DNA of 64,000 bases from Gammaproteobacteria bacterium (GTDB taxonomy: Bacteria > Pseudomonadota > Gammaproteobacteria > CAJXQU01), in assembly GCA_965224825.1 (NCBI GenBank), contig CBDDAG010000001.1, positions 1,147,705-1,211,704 of the forward strand, in the 5' to 3' direction. Position 1 is the first letter of the stretch. Every line of letters starts with the position of its first letter. Both the position numbers and the translations under genes were made by a program. The notes under the pieces are model-generated. The model ran no database searches and was not told the origin of the DNA. It was given only the letters and a program-made list of their open reading frames with translations. Below, piece by piece: positions 29,082 through 41,265 of the stretch.

Positions 29082-30656
29082 ATGTCAGATTCAAGACTAA
29101 CCAATGAAATAAAGAAGAGAAGAACGTTCGCTATCATCTCCCATCCCGATGCAGGTAAAACCACCGTTACCGAAAAGCTGTTATTACTCGGCGGAGCGAT
29201 TCAGATTGCCGGTACTGTAAAGGCCAGGAAAAGTTCGCGACATGCGACCTCTGACTGGATGGAAATTGAGAAACAACGTGGTATTTCGGTGACCTCATCA
29301 GTCATGCAGTTTCCGTATAAAGGCTGCACAATAAACCTTCTCGACACACCCGGGCACGCGGATTTCTCGGAAGATACTTATCGAGTTTTGACGGCTGTTG
29401 ATGCCGCATTGATGGTGATCGACTCTGCAAAAGGTGTGGAGCAAAGAACGATCAAATTGATGGAGGTTTGTCGTTTGCGAAACACGCCGATCATAACTTT
29501 TATTAATAAACTTGATCGTGACAGTAAAGATCCGCTGGATCTTTTAGACGAAGTTGAGAGTGTTTTAAAGATCCAGTGTGCGCCTGTCACCTGGCCAATA
29601 GGATCAGGTAAACAGTTCAAAGGAATTTATAATCTGAATGATGATCGAACACGTCTTTATCAACCAGCAGAAGGTCAGAATGAATATATTGATGGGCTGC
29701 AAAATGATGAATTAATTACAGCCACTGATGGTTTACATGATGATCTTTGTGAAGGTGTTGAACTGGTTGCCGGAGCCGGAACAGGTTTTGATAAAGAAGA
29801 TTTTTTATCAGGAAAACAAACGCCAGTATATTTTGGAACTGCTTTAAATAGTTTTGGGTTAGAAGAGATGCTTGATTGTTTTATTGATCATGCACCGTCG
29901 CCTGTAAAGCGCGATGCGGTTAGCCGTACCGTTGAGCCCGATGAAGAAAAATTTACCGGTTTTATTTTTAAGATTCAGGCAAATATGGATCCGGCTCATC
30001 GTGATCGAATTGCCTTCATGAGAATCTGCTCGGGTGCTTATGAAAAAGGTATGAAAACACGACAGGTTAGAACCGGAAAAGATATTCAACTTCCCAATGT
30101 TTTGACCTTTCTCGCTGGAGCAAGGGAACATGCCGATGAAGCTTATTCAGGCGATATTATCGGTATTCATAATCACGGTACGATCCAGATCGGTGATACG
30201 TTTACTCAGGGAGAGGATCTTAAATTTACTGGTATTCCACACTTTGCACCGGAATTATTTCGTCGCGTGATCCTGAAAGATCCATTGAAATCGAAAGCAT
30301 TACTTAAAGGTTTGATCCAGTTGAGTGAAGAAGGTGCGACGCAATTATTTAGACCGATGAATAATAATGATCTGGTTCTGGGTGCTGTGGGAATTTTGCA
30401 GTTTGACGTGGTCGCGTGGCGTTTGAAAAATGAGTACAACGTTGAATGTAAATTCGATAATGTGAATGTTGCGACGGCGCGCTGGGTCGATAGTGAAAAC
30501 GAGGCTGAGCTACAGAAATTTAAAAATAAAGCATTTGATAATCTTGCGATTGATGGCGGTGAGAATTTAACTTACCTTGCGCCAACCAGAGTTAACCTAG
30601 ACCTGGCTGTTGAGCGTTGGTCAGATATCGAATTCCACGCTACAAGAGAACATTAA
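29082..30656 (+). CDS. prfC: Peptide chain release factor 3
   Basis: [44 protein letters not shown]. Confidence 0.99.
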   Translation: MSDSRLTNEIKKRRTFAIISHPDAGKTTVTEKLLLLGGAIQIAGTVKARKSSRHATSDWMEIEKQRGISVTSSVMQFPYKGCTINLLDTPGHADFSEDTYRVLTAVDAALMVIDSAKGVEQRTIKLMEVCRLRNTPIITFINKLDRDSKDPLDLLDEVESVLKIQCAPVTWPIGSGKQFKGIYNLNDDRTRLYQPAEGQNEYIDGLQNDELITATDGLHDDLCEGVELVAGAGTGFDKEDFLSGKQTPVYFGTALNSFGLEEMLDCFIDHAPSPVKRDAVSRTVEPDEEKFTGFIFKIQANMDPAHRDRIAFMRICSGAYEKGMKTRQVRTGKDIQLPNVLTFLAGAREHADEAYSGDIIGIHNHGTIQIGDTFTQGEDLKFTGIPHFAPELFRRVILKDPLKSKALLKGLIQLSEEGATQLFRPMNNNDLVLGAVGILQFDVVAWRLKNEYNVECKFDNVNVATARWVDSENEAELQKFKNKAFDNLAIDGGENLTYLAPTRVNLDLAVERWSDIEFHATREH

Positions 30657-30667
30657 TTCTGGAATAA

Positions 30668-30690
30668 CGGATCGCAATGAATGCGATCCG
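30668..30690. terminator. Hairpin between convergent prfC and rne
   Basis: CGGATCGCA-ATGAA-TGCGATCCG perfect 9-bp stem; no U-tract. Confidence 0.55.
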
Positions 30691-30698
30691 CCTACTAA

Positions 30699-33038
30699 CT
30701 AATCTTCTTTATTAAGATCATCCAGACCTTGTGAATATGGGCTGCTGGATGAAGTTTCTTTCGGAGTTGAAGTTTCTTTCGAAGATGAAGCTCTGCCAGC
30801 ATTATCAGCAGATTCCTTTTTAGCCACATTCCCATCAACATCAGCAGCAGCAACAGGTGCGGTTGCAACCGCTACTGACGCAACGGCTTTTTCTACTGTA
30901 TTCGTGGTCGTCGAACTGGATTCAGCCTTGGTTTCTGTTTTAGCTTCTACGGGCTTTGTCTTAGTCGTTTCTACTTTTTCAGAATTAGCTTCTGACTGAT
31001 CTGTCTGATTAGTTTGATCTTCACGTTTTCGACCACGATTACTGCGGCGTGTTCTTGGCCCACGTCTTGGTCTGTTATCTGATCGTGTTTGTTGATCAGC
31101 CGAGTCTTGTGATTGATCATCATTGTTGTTTTGATTTGATCTACTTTGCGTCTTTTTCTTCGAAGCAGCTTTTTTCGACACGGCTTTCTTTTTAGAAGCC
31201 GATCTTTGTTGATTAGGACTCCGATCATTTCGGCTGTTTGTTTTCTTACGAGCCGGACGACGTTGGGATGTCTTTTTCTTCGCAGCAGGCTTTTTAACTT
31301 CTTCTTCGACCACATCAGCCGCTACACCCGAAGCAAAAAGACCACCGAACATACGTTTGATCAAACCACCCTCCTGTTTTAGAGCGAGTTCGTTTGTTGC
31401 GCTTCCAGTAGATTTTCCGGCGGGTTTAGGTGTTGTCCGGCTGATTTCCTGAACAGCAGCTCTTTCTGTTGTTACCTGTTCGGTAATTGCAGAAGATACG
31501 TGATCATCTTCGTCAGGTGTTACCTGATCGTAGCTGGCTTCTTCTTTCCAGTCTGCTGCCTCAAGAACCTGTTTACGGAATCTTTCGATTTCATAATGCG
31601 GTGTTTCAAGTTTTGGATTCGGGATCAGAAGAATATCTACGCCGACTCTTGTTTCCAGTGCAATAATTTCAGCTCGTTTTTCGTTCAACAGGAAAGTCGC
31701 GGTATCGACCGGAAGCTGAACGACAACACGTCCAACACCATCTTTCATGGCTTCTTCCTGAATGATTCTCAGCAGATAAAGCCCCAGTGAAGCTGTTCCG
31801 CGAATGGTTCCCAGTCCACTACAACGTGGGCAGGTTTCATGCGTTCCTTCGATCAGGGAAGCGCTCAGTCGTTGACGGGACATTTCCAGTAAGCCAAAGC
31901 GTGAGATCCGGCCAATCTGAACTCGTGCCCGATCAACTTTCAAAGATTCTTTCAGTTTGTTCTCAACTGCACGCTGGTTTTTAGCTGCGAACATGTCAAT
32001 GAAATCGATCACCACAAGTCCACCGAGATCACGCAACCGTAATTGTCGCGCAACTTCCTCAGCCGCTTCAAGGTTCGTATTGGTTGCTGTTTCTTCGATA
32101 TCGCTGCCTTTGGTTGCTCTGGCAGAGTTAATATCAATTGTGGTCAGTGCTTCTGTCGGCTCAATTACGATGGAACCGCCGGAAGGTAATCTGACTTCGC
32201 GGCCAAATGCTGTCTCGATCTGACTTTCGATCTGATAGCGGGTGAACAGCGGAGTAGTATCTGTGTAATGTTTCAGTTTACGCAGATTGTGTGGCATCAC
32301 CTGTTGCATAAACTCTACAGCTTTGTCATATAACTCTTTGTTATCGACAAGAATTTCAGCGATATCATTACGCAGATAATCCCTGATCGCACGAATAATG
32401 ACATCGTGTTCCTGATAGATCAGGAAGGGCGCATCTCTGTTTTCTGCGGCATCTTCGATCGAAGTCCACAACTGTTTAAGGTAATCCAGATCCCACTGCA
32501 ATTCTTCGGTTGCTTTACCAATTCCGGCGGTTCGCAAAATGAGTCCCATACTTTCCGGGATCTCCAGTTCGTTCATTGCTTTTTTCGATTCTTCGCGATC
32601 AGAACCTTCGATTTGTCGGGAGACTCCACCAGCACGAGGATTGTTTGGCATCGCAACCAGGTATCGACCGGCCAGACTAACGAAAGTAGTCAGCGCCGCA
32701 CCTTTGTTGCCGCGCTCCTCTTTTTCGACCTGAACGATGATTTCCTGACCTTCTTTAATCACTTCTTTAATCTTGACGCGACCACCACCTGACGGCGATT
32801 TTATAAAGACGGATCGAGAGATTTCTTTGAGTGGGAGGAAGCCGTGACGTTCTGCGCCATAATCGACAAATGCTGCTTCAAGGCTGGGTTCAACCCGCAT
32901 TATCTTTGCCTTGTAAACATTTGATTTCTTTTGTTCTTTTCCGACAGTTTCGATGTCGAGGTCGTAGAGTTTTTGGCCATCCACAAGGGCCACACGCAAC
33001 TCTTCTTGCTGAGTCGCGTTGATTATCATGCGTTTCAT
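30699..33038 (-). CDS. rne: Ribonuclease E
   Basis: [36 protein letters not shown] Zn-link, amphipathic [14 protein letters not shown], disordered C-terminal domain. Confidence 0.98.
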   Translation of the reverse strand: MKRMIINATQQEELRVALVDGQKLYDLDIETVGKEQKKSNVYKAKIMRVEPSLEAAFVDYGAERHGFLPLKEISRSVFIKSPSGGGRVKIKEVIKEGQEIIVQVEKEERGNKGAALTTFVSLAGRYLVAMPNNPRAGGVSRQIEGSDREESKKAMNELEIPESMGLILRTAGIGKATEELQWDLDYLKQLWTSIEDAAENRDAPFLIYQEHDVIIRAIRDYLRNDIAEILVDNKELYDKAVEFMQQVMPHNLRKLKHYTDTTPLFTRYQIESQIETAFGREVRLPSGGSIVIEPTEALTTIDINSARATKGSDIEETATNTNLEAAEEVARQLRLRDLGGLVVIDFIDMFAAKNQRAVENKLKESLKVDRARVQIGRISRFGLLEMSRQRLSASLIEGTHETCPRCSGLGTIRGTASLGLYLLRIIQEEAMKDGVGRVVVQLPVDTATFLLNEKRAEIIALETRVGVDILLIPNPKLETPHYEIERFRKQVLEAADWKEEASYDQVTPDEDDHVSSAITEQVTTERAAVQEISRTTPKPAGKSTGSATNELALKQEGGLIKRMFGGLFASGVAADVVEEEVKKPAAKKKTSQRRPARKKTNSRNDRSPNQQRSASKKKAVSKKAASKKKTQSRSNQNNNDDQSQDSADQQTRSDNRPRRGPRTRRSNRGRKREDQTNQTDQSEANSEKVETTKTKPVEAKTETKAESSSTTTNTVEKAVASVAVATAPVAAADVDGNVAKKESADNAGRASSSKETSTPKETSSSSPYSQGLDDLNKED

Positions 33039-33419
33039 TGTATGTTCCTTTAAAGGCGCTCAACCACTTTTCTGGATCTTGTCGGTGTCTTCGAAATGAC
33101 AGATTTAAGAGAAGATCTCTTTCTTTTGGGAGCGCTATTGCGATCACTCTTTACGTTATTAATTAACTTGCTAACAGATTAAGAATGATCGATAAAATTT
33201 TGTTCAGACATTTATTGTCTATGTTTGTACGGTGTCACCAATACCCTCAGTATTGTTTTGCAGCCTGTTCTATTCTTTTTGACTACGTTTTCTTGATGGA
33301 CGACCGTATGTAACCGTGTGATAATAACAAGCTTAGATCCCTTCGGCAACAAATCCTCTATCAGTATTCGGGAAATCATTATAAACAATCGCAAAATCGA
33401 GCAGAAATCAGATCAGGAA

Positions 33420-34385
33420 ATGAGTCGAAATATGGACAATAATTCTCCTGACGTTAGCTTTCAGCAGGTTCAATACATTTCCATCGATACCGATCATGAG
33501 GGTCGTCGTATTGATAATTTTTTGTTCAACTTTCTTAAAAGTGTGCCCAAAGGCCGTGTTTATAAGATGATCCGAAAAGGTGAGGTTCGGGTTAATAAAA
33601 AAAGGATTAAGACCAACTATAAGCTGGTCTTGGGCGATAACCTTCGCATACCGCCAGTTTTTATTGACGATAAAGCCGAATTGCTAATCCCGCATCGTGT
33701 TATCGAACAACTCAAAGCCAGCACGCTTTATGAAGATGATGCTTTTTTGATCATTAACAAGCCTTCCGGAATTCCTGTTCATGCCGGATCAGGTTGTGTA
33801 TTTGGTGTGATTGAATCTTTCCGTGCGATGGACGAGTACAAAGATGGATATATTGAACTGGCGCACCGGCTTGATCGAGAAACTTCTGGTTGCTTGATTC
33901 TGGTAAAAAAACCGCAAGTTTTACGGGAAATGAATAAGTTGATCAAGGATAATGAGATGTCCAAACGTTATCTCGCTCTGGTTAAAGGTGTATGGAAAGA
34001 TGGTCGTCGGATCGTTGACGCTCCTTTGCTAAAAAATACCATGCGCGGTGGTGAAAGACTTGTTCAGATCAGCGACGAAGGGAAAGTAGCCAAGACCGAA
34101 TTTGACCTGCAGAAAGGCTTTTCAGAAGCATCTTTATTGGAAGTAACTTTACACACCGGTCGGACACATCAAATTCGTGTGCATTCTACGCATATAGGCA
34201 CACCAATTGCAGGTGACAATAAATATGGTGATGATGGTTTTAATAAAACAATGAAAACTTTTGGCTTAAAGCGTTTATTTTTACACGCAAGTCATTTAAG
34301 TTTCATGCTCGGCAATATGGAGAGGATCAGTGTCGATGCTCCATTGTCAGATGAACTGAAGTCCGTCATCAGCAAACTCTCGTAA
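33420..34385 (+). CDS. rluC: 23S rRNA pseudouridine synthase C
   Basis: S4 domain GRRIDNFL, HRLDRETSG, TGRTHQIRVH; divergent from rne. Confidence 0.95.
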   Translation: MSRNMDNNSPDVSFQQVQYISIDTDHEGRRIDNFLFNFLKSVPKGRVYKMIRKGEVRVNKKRIKTNYKLVLGDNLRIPPVFIDDKAELLIPHRVIEQLKASTLYEDDAFLIINKPSGIPVHAGSGCVFGVIESFRAMDEYKDGYIELAHRLDRETSGCLILVKKPQVLREMNKLIKDNEMSKRYLALVKGVWKDGRRIVDAPLLKNTMRGGERLVQISDEGKVAKTEFDLQKGFSEASLLEVTLHTGRTHQIRVHSTHIGTPIAGDNKYGDDGFNKTMKTFGLKRLFLHASHLSFMLGNMERISVDAPLSDELKSVISKLS

Positions 34386-34418
34386 CATACTTAATTTCCT
34401 GAGATATAATTTTTAAAC

Positions 34419-35882
34419 ATGCTTAAAAACCTTCTTGTTCATGTGTCCCGATATTCTCTCGCGGGTTTGATGGGTTCGTTCGCCGGACTGGTTTCTTTTC
34501 CGATCCTGACGCGAATGTTATCTGTCAGTGATTATGGTTTGTTGAGCTTGATCATCACGACCATCACCTTTGTAACGGCTTTTGGTAAGTCTGGTCTGCA
34601 GTTTTCCATTGTCAGATATTATTCGGATGCAGAATCTGGAAAAGGCCAGTGGAGCCTTTCAAACTACTATTCGACCATCGTTTTTGGCATGCTGGGAATT
34701 GGCTCGGTTGTGATGCTTTTATGGACATTGTTAGTCTACATTTTGCCAGAAACTATCTGGGCGGAACCCAAGCTTAAATTTCTTTTCCTGTTAACGTCTA
34801 TTCTTGTCCTGGCAGAAGTCTCCATGAGTATGCTTTCCGGTTTTTTACAGGCCATGCAGAAAAGTGGCTGGCTGAGTATCTTCTCCGTTGTTGAACGTTA
34901 TGGTGTTTTACTGATTACGGTAATAACACTTTTCTGGATCTCGCGATCATTAGAAGCCGTTGTCGTAGCCAGGATGATTGCTCAAATTATGGCAATCAGT
35001 TTTCTTGCTTACTATGTTTTAAGCAAGGTTCGGTTGCGTCGAAAAAATGTTTCACCTGAAATGCTAAAGGCAATGTTGATCTATGGTGTGCCACTGCTTG
35101 GAAGTGAACTGGCTTTTATCATTTTAAGTCTCGGCGATCGCTATATTATTCAATGGAAGATCGGTTCGGAACCTCTGGGTATTTACGCAGCGGCATATAA
35201 CCTCTGTGAATATGTCCAGATCATGCTAGTTGTTGCAATGTTTCAGGCAATTAGACCCATGTATTTCAAACTCTGGACAGAAGAAGGTGAAAAAGCCACA
35301 ACAGATTTTATTGAGAAATCATTGTATTTTTACCTGATGATTTGTTTTCCTGTCATCGCAGGTGTTGCGGTTGTAGGACCTGCATTACTCTCGCTGCTGA
35401 CAGCAGGAAAATATTCTGAAGGTGCTGCGGTAATTCCTTATGTTATTGGTGGGTTGATGATCCATGGCGCACATCCGATGTTAGGAGCCGGGATTTTTAT
35501 AAAGAAATCGACAGCATTGATCTGGGTAACCGTTGCTGGAGCAATTGCTAATGTCGTTTTGAATCTTCTGTTAATTCCTCATTTCGGGATTGAAGGTGCT
35601 GCAATGGCAACGCTTTTATCGTACATTTTAATGTTATTTGTTGAAACACTTTATGGCAGAAAATTATTGCCGATCAAATTTCCATTTCTTGCCAGCCTGA
35701 AATTTATGGTTTTGTCCCTGATCATGTATTTTGTTCTTGATCAGATTTCTCTGGGAGGTGAATTAGCAACAATGATTGTTCAGGTGCTAACGGGAGGAAT
35801 TCTTTATCCGGCAATGCTCCTCGCCGCAGATAAGAAATCAAGAGATCTTGTGTTGAAACGAATACCTTTTCTCAAAACATAA
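34419..35882 (+). CDS. Wzx-like polysaccharide flippase (MOP superfamily)
   Basis: About 14 TM; FPILTRMLSVSDYG, GDRYII..LGIYAAAY, NVVLNLLLIPHFGIEGAAMATL. Confidence 0.88.
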   Translation: MLKNLLVHVSRYSLAGLMGSFAGLVSFPILTRMLSVSDYGLLSLIITTITFVTAFGKSGLQFSIVRYYSDAESGKGQWSLSNYYSTIVFGMLGIGSVVMLLWTLLVYILPETIWAEPKLKFLFLLTSILVLAEVSMSMLSGFLQAMQKSGWLSIFSVVERYGVLLITVITLFWISRSLEAVVVARMIAQIMAISFLAYYVLSKVRLRRKNVSPEMLKAMLIYGVPLLGSELAFIILSLGDRYIIQWKIGSEPLGIYAAAYNLCEYVQIMLVVAMFQAIRPMYFKLWTEEGEKATTDFIEKSLYFYLMICFPVIAGVAVVGPALLSLLTAGKYSEGAAVIPYVIGGLMIHGAHPMLGAGIFIKKSTALIWVTVAGAIANVVLNLLLIPHFGIEGAAMATLLSYILMLFVETLYGRKLLPIKFPFLASLKFMVLSLIMYFVLDQISLGGELATMIVQVLTGGILYPAMLLAADKKSRDLVLKRIPFLKT

Positions 35883-35925
35883 CCACAGTAATTTAAGAAC
35901 CAATCCAATAGGATAAATAAAGCAT

Positions 35926-36909
35926 ATGTTAGAAAAACCTAAATTAAATAATCTTAATGATCACTGGGAACGTGAGGCAATCGTAAAACTTGCCAACTCT
36001 GCGCTCGATGAACAAAAGAAGACGCGCCGCTGGGGAATATTCTTTAAATTTTTAATGTTTATGTATTTGCTGACCATCTTATGGCTCTACACCCCAAAGG
36101 ACATGCTTTCTGGCGGTGCAAGTGAGACGCATACAGCACTGGTCGAATTGAGTGGTGTGATCGCTCCGAATACCGAGGCAAGTGCTGATCGTGTGATTAC
36201 GGCTTTGCGCAGGGCTTTTGAGGATGAAGGTACCAAAGGTGTGATCCTGCGGATCAATAGTCCAGGTGGTAGCCCAGTTCAATCAGGTTATATCAATGAT
36301 GAGATCAAACGACTGCGTACCGCGCATCCAAAAATTCCACTGTATGCTGTGATCACTGACATCTGCGCATCGGGTGGTTATTACGTCGCTGCGGCTGCTG
36401 ATAAAATTTATGCTGATAAAGCGAGTCTCGTTGGTTCCATTGGCGTTCTTATGAATGGCTTTGGTTTTACTGACCTTATGGAAAAAGTCGGTGTGGAAAG
36501 ACGTCTAATCACTGCAGGTGATCACAAAGGTTTCCTTGATCCATTCACGCCGATTAACGATGATGAAATGGAACATGTAAGAAGCATGCTTAGCGATATT
36601 CACAACCAGTTTATCGATACGGTAAAAGCTGGCCGTGGTGATCGGCTTAAGTCTGAAAAAGATACTTTCAGTGGCTTGATCTGGACTGGTGAGAAGAGTG
36701 TTGAAATGGGGCTTGTGGATGGTTTAGGCAGTAGCAGTTATGTTGCCAGAGAGATCATTGGTGCAGAAGAGATCGTTGATTTCACAGCACATGAACCTTA
36801 CTTCGAAAAACTGGCAAAACGTTTTGGTGCTTCAGCCAGTGCTCAATTAATGAATCAGTTTATGGGGCAGCAGTCATTGAACCAATCAGGATCGATCCAG
36901 TTACGATAG
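35926..36909 (+). CDS. sppA: Signal peptide peptidase, S49 family
   Basis: LRINSPGGSPV, CASGGYY, VGSIGV. Confidence 0.92.
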   Translation: MLEKPKLNNLNDHWEREAIVKLANSALDEQKKTRRWGIFFKFLMFMYLLTILWLYTPKDMLSGGASETHTALVELSGVIAPNTEASADRVITALRRAFEDEGTKGVILRINSPGGSPVQSGYINDEIKRLRTAHPKIPLYAVITDICASGGYYVAAAADKIYADKASLVGSIGVLMNGFGFTDLMEKVGVERRLITAGDHKGFLDPFTPINDDEMEHVRSMLSDIHNQFIDTVKAGRGDRLKSEKDTFSGLIWTGEKSVEMGLVDGLGSSSYVAREIIGAEEIVDFTAHEPYFEKLAKRFGASASAQLMNQFMGQQSLNQSGSIQLR

Positions 36910-37524
36910 GATCTCGATTCCTTCTTCTTGCAGCATACTGACAAGACGAATCAGGGGAAGGCCGATCAAGGCGGTCGGATCTTCCCCTTCCATTTTTTGG
37001 AACAACGCGACTCCCAGACCTTCCGATTTGAAACTTCCAGCACAATTTAACGGCTGATCTTTTTCGACATATGCTTTGATCTGATCTGCCGTAAGATCTC
37101 GGAATTGAACAGAATAGCGGATGATGTCGACCTGATGTTCACCTGATCGCGAATTTAATAGGCAAAGTCCGGTTAGAAACGAAACAGTCTTGCCACTGGC
37201 TTTTCGTAATTGTTCCTCCGCTTTTTCGATGGTTCCGGGCTTACCAAGTATTTCATCATCAATGATCGACACTTGATCTGATCCAATAATCAGCGCGTTT
37301 TCATGTCTTTCGGATAATGTGGTCGCAATGGTTTTGGCTTTTTCTATCGACAGTCTTTTAACTAAATGATCAGCGGTTTCATTTGGCTGACGAGACTCAT
37401 CAATTTCAGGTGATTCTGTAGTAAAATCAACGCCAAGACGCGCTAATAATTCCTTACGAAAAGGTGAAGAAGATCCAAGGATCAGACGTAGGCTCGGTTG
37501 ACCCGATAAATTGTTTTTAATCAT
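36901..37524 (-). CDS. Maf-family nucleotide pyrophosphatase (YceF-like)
   Basis: LILGSSSPFRKELL, IGSDQV, CAGSFKSEGLG, LIGLPL. Confidence 0.93.
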   Translation of the reverse strand: MIKNNLSGQPSLRLILGSSSPFRKELLARLGVDFTTESPEIDESRQPNETADHLVKRLSIEKAKTIATTLSERHENALIIGSDQVSIIDDEILGKPGTIEKAEEQLRKASGKTVSFLTGLCLLNSRSGEHQVDIIRYSVQFRDLTADQIKAYVEKDQPLNCAGSFKSEGLGVALFQKMEGEDPTALIGLPLIRLVSMLQEEGIEILS

Positions 37525-37577
37525 AGTGTTATTTTAATACCATTTAGGGGAATGATGCTCTATAATCTGCGCCGCTT

Positions 37578-38111
37578 ATGGTGAACAATTTTCCAGAGCG
37601 TATTGACCCTTACAAATTTGCCCGATTAGGCGAAAGTCTATCCGGTGAAGTTGCGGTGGAGCGGATGAAACGTCTGTCCGCCAGTCTGGACAATGACAGT
37701 GGTAATGTCGAGTTTGATCTGACCTTCGGTCGAAAAGAACGGGCGAGAGTAGCGACTGGCAGTTTTAAGGCAGAAGTTAAAATGGTCTGCCAGCGATGTC
37801 TGAGTCAGGTTAATGTGCCGATTGGGGGAGAAATTCAGCTTGAGTTTGTTGTTGTGGGAAAGGATGGAGAAGAACCGTTAGTTCGTCTTGAAGATCAAGG
37901 ATACGATACAGTGTTGGTGGAAAATGATTCATTGTCGCTGGTAGAACTGATCGAAGATGAGGTGATTCTTGTTTTACCTTTTTCACCGATACATAAGAAA
38001 GGCGAATGTTCCGACAACGCTATAGCTGAGAAATTACAGGTAACTAATGAAGATCCAGACAGACCGAATCCGTTCGCTGTGCTGGCACAATTGAAAAAAG
38101 ATCAGGAGTAA
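37578..38111 (+). CDS. yceD: YceD/DUF177 protein
   Basis: [24 protein letters not shown]; precedes rpmF. Confidence 0.93.
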   Translation: MVNNFPERIDPYKFARLGESLSGEVAVERMKRLSASLDNDSGNVEFDLTFGRKERARVATGSFKAEVKMVCQRCLSQVNVPIGGEIQLEFVVVGKDGEEPLVRLEDQGYDTVLVENDSLSLVELIEDEVILVLPFSPIHKKGECSDNAIAEKLQVTNEDPDRPNPFAVLAQLKKDQE

Positions 38112-38115
38112 GACC

Positions 38116-38292
38116 ATGGCAGTACAGAAAAGTAAAAAAAGTACATCACGCAGAGGCATGCGCCGTTCACACGATGCGTTGACAGCAAAAGCGTTAACAA
38201 CGGATCCAACCACAGGCGAAGTACATTTGCGTCACCATATTAGTCCTGATGGCTATTACAAAGGTCGTAAAGTTTTAAACACTGAAGAATAA
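38116..38292 (+). CDS. rpmF: 50S ribosomal protein L32 (absent from the ORF track)
   Basis: Manual translation [58 protein letters not shown]; AGGAG RBS. Confidence 0.98.
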   Translation: MAVQKSKKSTSRRGMRRSHDALTAKALTTDPTTGEVHLRHHISPDGYYKGRKVLNTEE

Positions 38293-38354
38293 TTTTCAGT
38301 TGACTCAAGTTGACTAAATACAAGACTGGCCAGGCATTTGTTGGTTGATCAACA

Positions 38355-39392
38355 TTGTCTGAAGCCAGCGGAAATCAAATGAAAATTTCTATTGATGCCA
38401 TGGGTGGAGACTTCGGACCTTCGGTCACCGTTTCTGCCTGTCTGCATGTTCTCAAGGAAAACCCCGATCTGGAATTGATTCTGGTCGGGAAAGAGGGCGA
38501 CATCAATATAGCGCTGCAAGCTGCGGGTGAATCACATCATTCGCGAATCAGCGTTCGGCACGCCACAGAAGTTGTCGCCAGCGATGAATCACCATCATTA
38601 GCCCTCAAAAGAAAGAAAGATTCCTCCATGCGCGTTGCTATCAACCTTGTTAAAGAAGGTGAGGCAGACGCATGTGTAAGTGCAGGTAACACCGGCGCAT
38701 TAATGGCAACTGCCCGTTTTGTTTTGCGTATGTTACCCGGCATTGATCGTCCTGCGATCTGTAGTGGAATGCCCGGCACGAATGGCAGCTCTCATGTTTT
38801 GGATCTGGGCGCAAATGTTGACTCCAGTTCAGAACAGCTAGTTCAATTTGCCGTCATGGGTTCAATTCTTGTCAGTGCTGTTCGAAATATTGAATCGCCA
38901 ACGATTGGTTTGCTGAACATTGGTGAAGAGGAAGTTAAAGGCAATGAGCGGATCAAAAAAGCTGCACAATTATTATCTGAAACAAAATTAAATTACATTG
39001 GCTTTGTCGAAGGCACTGACATCTATACAGGTGAGATCGATGTTATTGTCTGTGACGGTTTTATGGGCAATATCGCTCTAAAATCCAGCGAAGGTGCAGC
39101 AAACATGCTGACATCATTTGCCAAAGAAGAATTCTCCCGAACGATTTTCACAAAACTTGCAGCATTACTAAGCCGCTCTGTATTAACTGCGATCAAAAAA
39201 CGGACTGATCCACGACGTTATAACGGCGCAAGTATGCTAGGTTTAAAAGGTATTGTGATCAAAAGCCACGGCGGTGCAGACAAACTTTCTTTTGCAACGG
39301 CGATCGAAGCGGCAATCAAAGAAGTTGATAAAAACGTGCCTGAGCAAATTAAAAGCCAACTTGAAACATATCTGGTAAAATCATCAACGTGA
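38355..39392 (+). CDS. plsX: Phosphate acyltransferase
   Basis: [31 protein letters not shown]. Confidence 0.97.
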   Translation: MSEASGNQMKISIDAMGGDFGPSVTVSACLHVLKENPDLELILVGKEGDINIALQAAGESHHSRISVRHATEVVASDESPSLALKRKKDSSMRVAINLVKEGEADACVSAGNTGALMATARFVLRMLPGIDRPAICSGMPGTNGSSHVLDLGANVDSSSEQLVQFAVMGSILVSAVRNIESPTIGLLNIGEEEVKGNERIKKAAQLLSETKLNYIGFVEGTDIYTGEIDVIVCDGFMGNIALKSSEGAANMLTSFAKEEFSRTIFTKLAALLSRSVLTAIKKRTDPRRYNGASMLGLKGIVIKSHGGADKLSFATAIEAAIKEVDKNVPEQIKSQLETYLVKSST

Positions 39393-40324
39393 TCAATTCT
39401 AGAATTACAGGCACCGGAAGCTACCTCCCCGAAAAAGTGCTGACTAATGAAGAGCTGGCGAAAACCATAGATACAACACATGACTGGATCGTCGAACGAA
39501 CGGGGATCCATAAGCGTCATATTGTTGCTGATGGGCAAACAACGGTGGATATGGCCGAGGTTGCTGCGCGCAATGCTCTGGAAGCTGCCAATCTCGAACC
39601 CAATGATATTGATCTGATCATTTTTGCAACAACCACGCCTGATCGTATTTTTCCAAGCTCCGCCTGCCTTCTGCAAAAGAAACTCGGCATACATGAATGT
39701 CCGGCTTTTGATGTTCAGGCAGTTTGTACCGGATTCATCTATGCCCTTGATATTGCTAATCGTTTTATCAAAACCAGTGGTGCAAAACGTGCATTGGTGA
39801 TCGGTGCTGAAACCATGTCGAAAATTGTTGACTGGAATGATCGTGGTACCTGTATTTTATTTGGTGATGGCGCAGGGGCAGTTATTCTTGAAGCCAGCGA
39901 AGAAGCCGGAATTCTGAGCACACATATTCACGCTGATGGTGATCATGATGCTTTGTTACAGGTTCCTGTCGGTAAAAAATACCTGACGATGGAAGGCAAT
40001 GACGTTTTTAGAATGGCGGTTAAAACGCTGGGCAGAATTGTTGACGAAACACTGGCAGCCAATAACCTCGAAAAAAGTGACATCGACTGGTTAATTCCAC
40101 ATCAGGCCAATATCCGAATTATTAAAGCGACAGCAAAGAAGCTTGGAATGAACATGGATCACGTTGTCGTGACCGTTAATGAGCACGGCAATACCTCGGC
40201 AGCATCGGTGCCTCTTGCACTGGATCATGCGGTCAGAAATGGCCAGATCAAATCGGGCGAATTATTATTACTCGAAGCTTTCGGTGGCGGTTTCACCTGG
40301 GGTTCAGCCCTGGTGAAATTTTAA
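39389..40324 (+). CDS. fabH: Beta-ketoacyl-ACP synthase III
   Basis: [26 protein letters not shown]. Confidence 0.97.
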   Translation: MINSRITGTGSYLPEKVLTNEELAKTIDTTHDWIVERTGIHKRHIVADGQTTVDMAEVAARNALEAANLEPNDIDLIIFATTTPDRIFPSSACLLQKKLGIHECPAFDVQAVCTGFIYALDIANRFIKTSGAKRALVIGAETMSKIVDWNDRGTCILFGDGAGAVILEASEEAGILSTHIHADGDHDALLQVPVGKKYLTMEGNDVFRMAVKTLGRIVDETLAANNLEKSDIDWLIPHQANIRIIKATAKKLGMNMDHVVVTVNEHGNTSAASVPLALDHAVRNGQIKSGELLLLEAFGGGFTWGSALVKF

Positions 40325-40353
40325 AATTTGATTTTAAAAGGGAGATTGTAAGT

Positions 40354-41265
40354 ATGAACACAGGATTGATCTTTCCGGGACAGGGTTCCCAATCGGTAGG
40401 AATGCTTGCTGATCTGGCTGAAGCGAATGATCTTGTTGAAAAAACTTTCGCCGAAGCGTCTGAAGTACTTGGTTACGATCTCTGGACATTGACTAAAGAT
40501 GGACCAGCAGAAGATCTTAATAAAACAGAACGCACACAACCCGCATTATTAGCCGCTGGCGTCTCTGTCTGGCGAGTTTTAGAAGATAAAATTCCAACAC
40601 CTTCAGTAATGGCAGGGCATAGCCTTGGTGAATATACTGCATTAGTTTGTGCCGGATCACTGAGTTTTACCGATGCAATTTCACTGGTCGCTGATCGCGG
40701 ACGATATATGCAGGAAGCCGTTCCAGCCGGTGAAGGTGCTATGGCGGCAATTCTTGGACTAGATGACGATATTGTCGCGAAGGTTTGCGAGTCAATCGAA
40801 GGTATTGTTTCCTGCGCCAACTACAATTCTCCCGGACAAATTGTGATCGCGGGTCAGCAAGCTTCGGTAGAAAGTGCGAACGAATCACTAAAAGAAGCAG
40901 GTGCAAAACGTGCGATCTTATTGCCTGTCAGCGTGCCATCACATTGTGCTTTGATGAAACCTGCGGCAGAAGCGCTGGAAAAAAGACTCGAATCTATTAC
41001 GGTCAATGCGCCGACAATACCTGTTATTCATAATGTCGATGCAAAAACACATTCCGATCCTGCTGAAATAAAACAGGCTTTGATCGATCAGCTTTATCAG
41101 CCAGTTCGTTGGGTTGATGTAATGAAAGCAATGGCCGAAAAATCTGATCAGGTGATCGAAAGTGGGCCGGGAAAAGTGCTTGCGGGTCTGAGCAAAAGAA
41201 TTGATCGAGGATTCACCTGTCATCCGGTCTTTGATCCGGCTTCACTTGAGAAGGCATTGTCATGA
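40354..41265 (+). CDS. fabD: Malonyl-CoA:ACP transacylase
   Basis: FPGQGSQ, GHSLGEY, VSVPSHC. Confidence 0.97.
   Translation: MNTGLIFPGQGSQSVGMLADLAEANDLVEKTFAEASEVLGYDLWTLTKDGPAEDLNKTERTQPALLAAGVSVWRVLEDKIPTPSVMAGHSLGEYTALVCAGSLSFTDAISLVADRGRYMQEAVPAGEGAMAAILGLDDDIVAKVCESIEGIVSCANYNSPGQIVIAGQQASVESANESLKEAGAKRAILLPVSVPSHCALMKPAAEALEKRLESITVNAPTIPVIHNVDAKTHSDPAEIKQALIDQLYQPVRWVDVMKAMAEKSDQVIESGPGKVLAGLSKRIDRGFTCHPVFDPASLEKALS

Noticed and set aside
30699-31400. Lys/Ala- and Arg-rich low-complexity tail of RNase E
   Set aside because: This is the expected disordered degradosome scaffold.
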